DNA of 61,872 nucleotides, filler included. It is 10 parts of 10 records of this genome, joined end to end, with 100 filler letters (N's around TTAATTAATTAA, not from the genome) between each part and the next. Parts side by side here need not be neighbours in the genome. Positions count along the whole stretch, not along the records: positions 44,987 to 54,324 come from SRR7504441_4291; positions 54,425 to 58,139 come from SRR7504441_4294; positions 58,240 to 61,872 come from SRR7504441_4299; 7 more parts are not named here. One strand, written 5' to 3'. The position numbers were made by a program, and so were the translations under genes. Below are positions 53,001 through 61,872 of this stretch, in pieces (positions within the stretch are counted from its first letter, which is position 1; each line of letters begins with the position of its first letter). The notes beneath the pieces were generated by a model. The model was not told the DNA's origin, made no database searches, and saw nothing but the letters and a program-made list of their open reading frames with translations.

Positions 53001-54324
53001 AACAAAGGATTCGAGAGAGATTCTACGAGAATGGACTACCCCATTTGTTTGACAGGATCACTCAGTGCTTTGATCAAATGACTAAACAGCGGACTATGGA
53101 GGCGTTTTGTTCTTCTTCACACTTGATAGAACCATTCACTATTGAGAGATTTTGCCCAGTACTTTCCGCTGTGCTCGGGCTTGATAAGTCAATCCACTCC
53201 GTTCGGTTTGCTGAAAACATGCATTCAGAATTCAAGATGGAGCTAAATGTCCCAATTACATCATTACAAGACTACAAACCTAGTGCTGATGTTGAGTTTT
53301 GGAAACCTCCAGCTGCGAAAGTAGTAGCATCTCCTACCACAGTTGATTACAGTGTCAGTACTGCCGGAAGGAGTTCAGCTTCGGGGGGTCTACGCATCAG
53401 TATGCATTCGACACAAAGTGTGACAGAACGAACCATCGGTTCTTCTATTGACCCGCTACCATATGGTTTAGAATCTGAAACTGGAACACCTTGGACTATG
53501 CATTCTGGATCTGCACCCTCGTGGAAAAGTGACGGGGTCAGCGAGATAGAGCAGGAAAACGCCAATTCAGTCGATCTTAGGGATTCAGAATCTAGGACGA
53601 GCGACCCAGGGGTAATAGCGATGACAGACCACTTCCGTGGATATGATTTCAAGCATGTCGATACTCCTGACAATTCTGCCATCTATCCATCCAGTGCAGA
53701 ACCAAATTCAATCGTTGCTCGGCCAAGCTCAATTGTGCATCCGTCGAGTGCTGATGTCAACTCGCAGGTCACCGCTTCCAGTGTTGAAGGCAATAGTCCA
53801 TTGGAGAGTAGAGCTGCAACAACACAAAGTCAGATTGAAGATTCTGCATTTCCTGCTGCAGGAGAAATAACGCAAAGTGGGACACCAACATCCACAGTTG
53901 CCGAAAGAAGCCACCTGCTTAATGACATTGAAGCATCTGTTGATCACAGTTCACGCCTCACAGCGGAGTCCCGGTCGAGTGCTGAGACACCGGTGTCATT
54001 GATACATCCACTCGAGCGAGATGGTTGTGGTGATGATACAGGACGGTCACAAAGCAATCAAAAAGCCCCATCTACTGTACACAGTGACATGCGATCCGTG
54101 CTAGATACTCCAGAAACTGCTGAATCAAGAGGGCAAACTGCAGAGCAAGAATCTGGCGCTTTGAGATCACGGGGTGTGTTTCAGGTCTTTGCAGATTGGC
54201 AGCATAGCCCTAATTCAATACCTACACAAATCACAAGCGATGCTGACACAATCGGGCCCGAATTTCACGATCCCGATCTAGCCCAGGAGACGGCTGAAGC
54301 TCAGTTTAAGCCTGAAAGACCTCT
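50050..54324 (+). CDS. Large protein of unknown function with coiled coil, an EF-hand-like segment and an S/T-rich tail (3' truncated, multi-intron)
   Basis: Chain of + strand ORFs (50020-51414, 51448-51759, 51968-52342, 52487-54324) separated by GT..AG gaps; LFTLLDIKSDECLSRAQIAAFL is EF-hand-like. Confidence 0.55.
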
Positions 54325-54424
54325 NNNNNNNNNNNNNNNNNNNNNNNNNNNNNNNNNNNNNNNNNNNNTTAATTAATTAANNNNNNNNNNNNNNNNNNNN
54401 NNNNNNNNNNNNNNNNNNNNNNNN
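54325..54424. other. Artificial contig linker
   Basis: N44-TTAATTAATTAA-N44. Confidence 0.98.
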
Positions 54425-55026
54425 GGCGGGGGCCGAGCGGGAGATCGCGCTGCTCAACGACCAGCGCCCGAGGAGCGAGGCCGGGCAGCAGCCCGAGGAT
54501 GGCGAGGCGCGGGGAGGGCGGGCCGGGTGTCCGACGGCGGGCAGGTGGAGCGGCTGCGGGCCAGGCTGGATCAGCTGGAGGCACTCAACGCGTGGTACAA
54601 GCAGCAGCTGGTGGCGGCGCGCCAGGTGCACCATGGGCCAGGCCGGGCGGGAGGGCGGGGCAGGCGAGCCGAGGCGGACCCGTTGAGCGCGAGCTGCTGG
54701 CGTCGCAGCGGCGGGAGGTCCGGCGAGTGGCGGCCAGGGAGCCAGCGCGGGGGCAGGCGGAGCTGAGCCAGCGGCTGAGTGTGGCCGAAGCAGAGCTGAC
54801 GCAGGCGCGCGTGATCATCGCTTCGCACCAAGCGCCCTTCCCGGTGGAGCCGGTGGGCCAGCCGGAGGGTGCAGTCGAGGCGCAGCTAATGGATGCGAGT
54901 GAACCGGTTAGTGGGACAGCGCAGCTGGAGGGGAGGCGACCGGGGGTGGGGCCGCTTTCGCGCGAGCAACGGATGCAGATGGAGCGGCAGCTGATGCAAC
55001 GGATGAGGCAGCTAATGCACACCTGA
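54425..55026 (+). CDS. 3' fragment of a coiled-coil protein, 2 introns
   Basis: AEREIALLNDQ..DGE joined by a 38-nt GC-AG intron to VERLRARLDQLEALNAWYKQQL and by a 38-nt GT-AG intron to the last exon, ending at TGA 55026. Confidence 0.55.
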
Positions 55027-55352
55027 TCAGTCGGTGATCGAGATGCATATAAATGATCGCGGAGACAGAGCGCGCTAGCAGGCGCGGAGGTGGTAGACCG
55101 CGTATAGCAATGCAACGGTACCTGTGAGTTGGAGTGGCCTCGTGGTGCACTCGCCCGCTCGCGCTGAAGGTAGTTAGTTGAACGTAGTAAAGCTGCTCTA
55201 TTTTGACGGGCCTTCGGACACAGATCCGAGGACCCAGCGCCACCTAAGTATTCTACACACTGCATAGCCTGTCTCCCACCGGTTGTTCCCTCGCCCCCGT
55301 AGCGCCATCCAGGCTCCGGTCTGACTACTAAGGCCCGAGGATCAGTGCGGTC

Positions 55353-55613
55353 TCATTTCGCCTCGGTCGCCTTGGGCTCCTCCTTCGGGACGTCGCCGTC
55401 ATCCATACCGCGCACCATGCTTCCGTCGGTCATGATGTAGACCGGCGGCATCGACTCCTGGGTCTGGCACCGGTTGTGAGGCCTGCCGGGTCCGGGGCAC
55501 ACCTCTTTGACTTCCAGGTAGCCGCCCTTGCCGTCCTCCACTGGCCAGGGCTTGCCCATAGGCCAGTACTGCGGCTTGTCCGGCTTGCGTACGTAGCTGC
55601 ACATGTTGCCCAT
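55353..55613 (-). CDS. Small predicted myristoylated/palmitoylated protein
   Basis: Starts MGNMCS (MGxxxS with Cys); probable in-frame 45-nt intron GTGTGC..CCAG. Confidence 0.55.
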   Translation of the reverse strand: MGNMCSYVRKPDKPQYWPMGKPWPVEDGKGGYLEVKEVCPGPGRPHNRCQTQESMPPVYIMTDGSMVRGMDDGDVPKEEPKATEAK

Positions 55614-55770
55614 GCCTGCCCCGAGTCAGTTAGGCCCGCCCCGGCCTGCCACTTGTGGCTGGTGATCACAAAGTACGTTACAACGGCACCGTGTTTTTTG
55701 GATACCCACCCGGTGCTGTCTGACCACACACACTCGGGCGGAACGCGGTGGGCTAACACGAGTTGCGCAC

Positions 55771-58088
55771 ATGACAGGAGGCCCGCTGCTCGCGCTGCTG
55801 CTGCCCGCCGCGGCCCTCGGCCTGTCCTGCAGCGACCTCACCAAGTACCTGCCCTCGGAGAGCTGCGCCAAGGCGGTGGCCCGCCTGGACAATGCGAGCT
55901 GCCTCGGGATGCTAGACGCCTGTGGCAAGCCGCCCGCCGGGATAGGCCAGGGCGCCATCAACGCGTTCGGCAGCTTCGACGCCTGCGCCGGCTACACATC
56001 GGCCGGAGCGGTCTACGCGGTCTACTCGCTCAACGCCTCGATGCTCCCACTGCCGCCCGCGATAGCCCAGCAGATCGCGGCCTACCGTACGATGCCACAG
56101 ATCGGGCTCTGCCTGCCGCGGGCCTGCGCCGACGGGATCGGCGACTCCGGGCTGCTGTTCGAGCTCAAAGGAGCTGAAAGCGCTGGGATTGTCAACGGAA
56201 TTATACCTTTCGGAGTAGACTTCCCGGCCGGCGCGGTGCTGGTGGTGCTGGCGGTGGCGCTGCTGCTGGCCGTCTCAATGGTGGCGGCGGTGGTCACTAT
56301 GGGTGGATTGCCCGGGCTGTTCTCGCTCAGTCTGCCCGGCTGGCCCGCACTTCGGGCGTTTTCACTAGTGGACAATTTCAAGAGCCTCTGCGACCTCTCG
56401 CTGCCAGGTGCCAGACGCCTGCCGCTTGCCGTTACCCTGGGGGCAGACAAACGGAAGGCCACCTCGGCTCTGGAGGGGATGCGCGTACTCTCAATGCAGT
56501 GGGTGGTGATTGGACACACGCTTATGGAAATAAACAGCCATGTCGATAACCCACTCTACGTGCAGAATGTGGTCGAGAACCGTTGGACCATGCAGACCAT
56601 CGTCAACGGTCCGTCATCCGGCCCGGCCGCTCACCAGCCTGCCTGCAGGCACCTATTCGGTGGACACTTTCTTCGTTCTGAGCGGTTTCCTCTTGGCATA
56701 CGTGACACTCGGCAAACTTGCCAGGCTCCGTGAAAGGCAGGCCGGGGCCTCCGTCGGCCTGCTCGGTCGGCTCAAGACCATCCTGATGCTGGTGGTGCAC
56801 CGGTGGCTCCGACTGGTCCCGTCGCTCGGGCTGGTGATGTGGGCCAACGCCCAGTTGATCAGCTACGTCGGAGATGGTCCGTTCTGGCCTCAAGTGGACA
56901 TTTTCATGGCAGAGACGTGCCGAAAGTACTGGTGGACTAATCTTCTCTTTATCAACAACCTCTACCCCAAGAACCTGGCAGACGAGTGCGGTGCGCTTGG
57001 GCTGGCCCCGCAGGCCTTGACTGGCTGTCAGTGGCCCAGAGTTGGTACCTGGCGAATGACATGCAGTTCTTTGTGTTCTTTCTACCGATTCTGTTCGCAT
57101 TCGCGTTCTGGGAGCCAATCCGGACTCGCAAGTGGGCCCAGTATCTGGTGGTCGGGCTAGTGGCGGCCGCCTCCTGCGCTGTCCGGATCCAGTGCGAGCC
57201 TGCTCGCGTCTCTTGCTGACAAAGGGCAGGATGGTGCAGGCTCACGACATCAAGGTGGTCCCGCTGCCCGACAGCAAGTGGCCCGAGTACATGTATGTCT
57301 GGTAACCGCCCTTTCTGTCGCAGCTCAGCCGCTCGGCCAGGCCCCATTCCAGAATCGGCTCATATGCCGTCGGCGTGCTCGCTGGGCTCTTCTTCTACTA
57401 CTGGAGCCTGGATCAGGCTGAAACCCAGCAGTCGAAGGCTCTCGCTCCAGGCGACGAGGAGCAGGGCGGCAAGTACCAGATCGTCCAGCCCGAGGACAAG
57501 CCGGAAGAGCCCGCGGCGATGCTCGAGCCCAAGCACAGATTCAAGTGCCTTCTGACTCGGTCGATGTCTGCCTGGTGGGCAGCGCTCGTCCTGTGCCTGG
57601 GCCTCATGACGGTGCGAGCTTCACCCTCCTGAATCTAACACTTGTCTCAGATTGTGCTGCTCGCCAAGGCTCGAGACGACGGCCAGTACAAGTTCTCCCA
57701 CTTTGAGAGCCTCATGTACAACGGATTCGGCCGCGTCGCGTGGAGCGTGGCGGTCGCCGGCTCGATCCTGGCCTGTGCCACCGGTGCGGTGCCTCTCGTG
57801 AATGAGATGCTCTCTCTCCGGATTTTCCTGCCACTCTCCAAGCTCACCTACGGTTCCCTGTGCGGTGGCTGCGGCTAACAGTGTGTGCCAGGCTGCTACG
57901 TGCTGCACCTGTCGCTGCTGATTGTTGTGCTCAGCTCGCTGAGGGAGCCGCTGCACTGGACAGACAACTTTGCGGTCGTGTTCTACATGGGCACACTCGC
58001 ACTCAGCTATGCGCTGGCGGCGCTGCTGTTTGTGCTCGTGGACCTGCCAGTGGCCAAGATCGAGTCTCGCTACCTCGGCCGGATGTAG
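55771..58088 (+). CDS. NRF-6-like membrane O-acyltransferase (NRF domain + acyltransferase 3), multi-intron
   Basis: Signal peptide; MLDACGKPPAGI..GSFDAC..GLCLPRAC (NRF domain); LEGMRVLSMQWVVIGH, SVDTFFVLSGFL, HRWLRLVP, WWTNLLFINN, SWYLANDMQFF, PLSKLTYGCYVLH. Confidence 0.9.
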
Positions 58089-58139
58089 GCCACTGTGGTG
58101 TTTGCTAGGCCCATCGGCCTGCTGTGTGTGAGCAGCTGG

Positions 58140-58239
58140 NNNNNNNNNNNNNNNNNNNNNNNNNNNNNNNNNNNNNNNNNNNNTTAATTAATTAANNNNN
58201 NNNNNNNNNNNNNNNNNNNNNNNNNNNNNNNNNNNNNNN
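58140..58239. other. Artificial contig linker
   Basis: N44-TTAATTAATTAA-N44. Confidence 0.98.
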
Positions 58240-58378
58240 GGGCAAGGAGGGCCCGTGGATGATGTTTAGAATGAAAGGGACCCAAAAGGACAGGAGCTAC
58301 CAATGCAAGGCTGAGATGGCAGTGCAGGTAACACCCCCAGCCTGTGCCTTGAGCTTTTGTTGAACTGAGCACAACTCG

Positions 58379-58636
58379 GTGTTACAGTACTACGTGTGCA
58401 ACCTTCCGGACTGCAGCTGCAAGGGTGGATTACTAAAGTCAAATGAGATAACCTTCTTGAATGATGGCTCTCCCAAGGACTGCGGTGTGTGGTATTCTAA
58501 TGCAGTGAGCGTGATGACGCAACTGACGAGCAGCTTTTCGGGCTCAATCCTTCCAGAGCATGCTAATTTGAAAAAATGCCTCACACGAGAGGACAAGAAG
58601 GATGCTGATGCGATCCGCAAGAAGTTAAACTTATAG
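58379..58636 (+). CDS. Probable last exon of a gene truncated by the contig edge
   Basis: GTAAC donor near 58327 and TTACAG acceptor near 58387, followed by an 80-codon frame ending at TAG 58636, convergent with the next gene. Confidence 0.35.
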   Translation: MLQYYVCNLPDCSCKGGLLKSNEITFLNDGSPKDCGVWYSNAVSVMTQLTSSFSGSILPEHANLKKCLTREDKKDADAIRKKLNL

Positions 58637-58798
58637 CAAGCACTGAATAAAACTAGATGCAATTCAAGGCACGTTGGTTCTGCTAATTTGAGCTATGTTT
58701 TATTGGAAAACGTTGATAATCTGACAGAGTTCGGCATGTCGAAAATGACACGATTTAGACACGATTGAGAAGTCTACCAGACCACGCTCGGTTCATAT

Positions 58799-61700
58799 TC
58801 AATTGTCCTCAATCGGCTGTGGGGCCTCGCTCCTGACCAAGTAGACCGATAGCCTGGTCACGCACTCGCTGTCGGTCTTGATGGCTTCTTCCTTGTGCTC
58901 CTTCTCCTTGTTGAGTTTAATCACCAACCGCTGCATGTCCTGAATGTTGCGCGACAGCCGGACGTGGTCGGTGCTCAGCTTGGACATCTCGTGCTTGGCC
59001 ATCCTGATCTCCTCCTCCAGCCCATAGTGCACCGGATCGAGCGCCTGCTCCTCCAACGGCCGCTCAACCCGCTTCTCGAGCCTTGCAATCGCCACCTGCC
59101 CGCCCGCTCACAGACTGGCCTGGCGCACGCACCGACCGAGAGGAAGTCCTCGACTGCTGCCCGGCGAGCCTCGATGTTGGCCAGCTCCTGCGTGTTGTTC
59201 ATAATGTCTTGGGCGGCTGTTGCGATCCCGGAGTTGAGCTTGGTCACGTGATCCTCTGTTTTGTTTATCTTCCTGTTGAGCGCTGTAATCATGTTGTTCC
59301 GGCCCTGCACGTCCTTCTCGCGATGCTCCTGCACAAACGCGAGCGCCTTGCTGTTCAGCCTGGTGCTCTCGTTGCATGCGCGTGTGGTCTCGTCCACCAG
59401 CTCGCGCATGTTCTTCTTCCACGAGGTCGGCTCAGTCAAAGGCAGCGATTGCTTCTCGTGAAGCGGCTTTGGGCGGGGCGCCTTTTCCAGCTTGGCCTCG
59501 TCGCGCGTGTCGCGATATTGCTTGTAGTCCGGGAGCTCCAGGATGCTCAGCGAGGTCGTCCGCCGCTGCACGTACCTGCCTTGGGTCTTGTCCACCTCCG
59601 GCTTGGCGAGCGCCCACTGCTTTTGGGTGGTCCGGCACACCTGCTCGAGCTCCTTGGCGCACGCGATGAACTCGTCGCAGGTGATGTGCCCCTTGTTCTT
59701 CTTGCAGTGGCTCTGGTAGATCTTCATAAGCTGGGCGCCGTCCAGGATCTGGTCGAGCCCGTACTGCGCGCACATCCCTTTAAACTCCGACGGGTCCAGC
59801 GTGCCGTTGGCGTCCTTGACCTCGGCGAAGGTGGGCGAGAGCGGCAGGTCGGTCCCGCGAAGCACTTGGTTCTTCGAGTAAAGTTCAAACAGCCTGCGCT
59901 TGTCGCGCGGCAGCTTGACCCACTGGGAGCACTCGCTCTCGTCGTCATGGAACTCGGCCTCCGCAAAGTGCGTGTACCCTCGGTTGGAGACCAGCTTTGC
60001 GAATTCGTTATCGCGCGTGTTCTGCTCCTCCACCGGCCCGTTCCCTGGCTCCATCGACCGGGCCTCGATGTCGATCTCGTTCCCGACCAGCTTGGTCCCG
60101 AGCTCAAAGTTGAGCTTCTTCTGCAGCCGGCGCAGGTTCCGGCGGAGCTTGTTGAGCTTGCCGAGCATTATCTCGTGCTCGGCCGGGTCCAGCTCCTCCT
60201 CCCGGTGCTTGATCGCGAGCGTGGCCTCGTCATAGACCTTCTCAGCCTCCGGCCGCCTGGTCCTCATCTGCTTGATCAGCACCAGCTCGTCCAGCGCGTC
60301 GGCCTCGTGCTCGAACGTCTGAGTGACCGACTCGCTCACCGCCGTGATATTCCCGATCGCTTGCTCGGCTCGCTCGAGCGCCTGGTACAGGCACGACTGC
60401 GCGTGGTTGGCATGCGCGATCCTGCTCTCAAACAGCTCGGTGCTCGAGATATACATCTCGTGCGAGTTGTCCAGCGAGACTTGCCGGGTGGTGGCCGCGT
60501 TGGCCAGCGCGTTGGTCGAGACTTGGTTCTCGGCCTCGGCGTCCAGGTGCATCTTGTTGGAGACGTTCTTCCAGTCGCTCTGTGAGGTGTTAGCCTCAGA
60601 CCGCTTGGCAAACGGGTACGGGTTGCGCGGGTTGTACACCAGCTTGCGCTCCGGGGTGAAGTGCAGGTTGTTGGCCTCGATCTGCGCCTTCTTGGTATCG
60701 GCCCGCTTCTTGCGCACCGCCTGGCTCTCCGGGAGCGGCAGCCCGCCGAGGGGGTTCATCCGCTTGAGCTGCTCCTGGTCCATCTCCATGTTCCTGAGCG
60801 CGATCTGGCGGCGGGTGAGCCGGACCTCCTCGCTCTTGAGCCCGTCTGTGATCATTCCGAACACCTCCTGCACTGCGATCAGCGCCGCCCTGTTCGCGGC
60901 ATCAAAGTCCTCAGGGTGCAGCGAGAGCTCTTCTGTCACGGCCTCCCGCTTGATCTTGCGCAGAAAGTCGAGCCACTCGGTCTCGGCGATCACGCCGTCC
61001 CCGTTGCAGTCGAGCTCCTTGCGCATCTTGTCACTCTTATCTCCGAGTGGGAACAGACACATGATCTCCTCCGGCTCCAGCACACCGGACTTGTCCAGAT
61101 CCATCTTGCGGAAGAGCGCCGAGCCGTGCTTGGCCTCGCCCTTGGTCAGCGTGGACAGGTCGCTGTCGCTGCCCACTCGAGGTGTGTTCATAAGCTTTTG
61201 GGATCGCTGAATCAAATCTTGCTCTCGCCGCTTCTTAGCCGCCTCCTGCCGCCGAGCCTCAGCCCGGGGGTCGGGCGGGTGGCGGACCCGGCGCTGGTCG
61301 CGTTTGAACTCGAGCCAGGTCTTGAGATCGAGCATCATATTCCCAAACCACTTGTCCATCCCTGGGCCACAGCTCACGCGAGCACCCCGCGCGCCGCACC
61401 CTGGTTGGCAGCAATTATGGCTTGCTCCGGGGTGAACATCGGGTGCTTGAGCATGTCCGTTATCTGCCCCCCGATCAGCCCCGCGCCTGGCTGGCCGGCC
61501 CGCCTTCTCCTGCTTGACGTTCCGCAGGTACCGGAGCCACTCAGGAAGGTCTATCTTCCCATCCCCGCCTGCCAGCCTGCCCCGCCGGTGATCCCGGGCA
61601 CAGCCAGGGCCGCACTCGTCCACCAGCTCGGTCTGTTGCTCCTGCACCACTGGCTCGCCGTCTGCGGTGGTGTAGGCTGTGAACTTGGTCTTGTACAGCG

Positions 61701-61872
61701 AGGCGTCGATCGTGCTCATCATCTAGCCCCCAAGCTAAGCCAGCCTGACCGCGCGGGCGGGGGGGGCACCTCATCGGCGGCCGCCCGCATCCCGTCGGTC
61801 AGCCCGAGCAGGTTGCCGCAAGCCTCTTCGATTTCCTGCCGGCCGGTGAGCCCAGCGGGGGGGGGGGGGGGG
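58799..61872 (-). CDS. EF-hand-containing tektin-like protein (5' truncated, multi-intron)
   Basis: EF loops GDGKIDLPEW, DLDKSGVLEPEE, DCNGDGVIAETE, DANGTLDPSEF; tektin-like KQMRTRRPEAEKVYDEATLAI and IARLEKRVERPLEEQALDPVHYGLEEE; a 41-nt intron near 59096-59136 restores the C-terminus. Confidence 0.72.

Noticed and set aside
57186-57229. Non-canonical GA-AG intron in the acyltransferase gene
   Set aside because: A canonical GT donor 6 nt downstream gives a 38-nt intron in the same phase.
1-61872. tRNA, rRNA, transposase, integrase or viral hallmark genes
   Set aside because: None was recognisable by eye; a covariance-model and HMM scan would be needed to exclude small or divergent cases.

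Overview
This is not a prokaryotic locus. It is ten unrelated contigs joined by an artificial 100-nt linker (N44-TTAATTAATTAA-N44), from a compact, GC-rich genome of a unicellular, probably flagellated eukaryote whose lineage I cannot assign from this window. About 33 protein-coding genes or fragments can be rebuilt by hand once very small spliceosomal introns are removed. Most introns are 35-46 nt with degenerate donors, many are GC-AG, and they lack a polypyrimidine tract. Recognisable genes include a GH78 alpha-L-rhamnosidase with a SUEL lectin insert, a WD40 protein, a CDF zinc transporter, an FKBP, a GNAT, a 2OG-Fe(II) dioxygenase, PDZ and PPR proteins, an R-SNARE, a histidine phosphatase, a UBL-ankyrin-CaaX protein, a bacterial-type flavin monooxygenase, two tektin-like proteins, the PP6 catalytic subunit and an NRF-6-like acyltransferase. 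The most notable items are: (1) a single-chain riboflavin synthase-lumazine synthase fusion (trimer former joined to pentamer former, a possible natural 60-mer cage); (2) a selenoprotein K gene missed by the ORF track, with an in-frame UGA and a candidate SECIS; (3) the micro-intron system; (4) a 47-bp inverted repeat inside the dioxygenase gene; (5) a membrane-anchored ComEA-like helix-hairpin-helix protein; (6) an intron flanked by a 10-bp direct repeat in a likely horizontally acquired gene; (7) head-to-head genes with ATGs 37-159 bp apart, and a recurrent TACNNGTA motif in non-coding DNA. All exon structures are manual inferences and family assignments are from recalled motifs. No searches were run.
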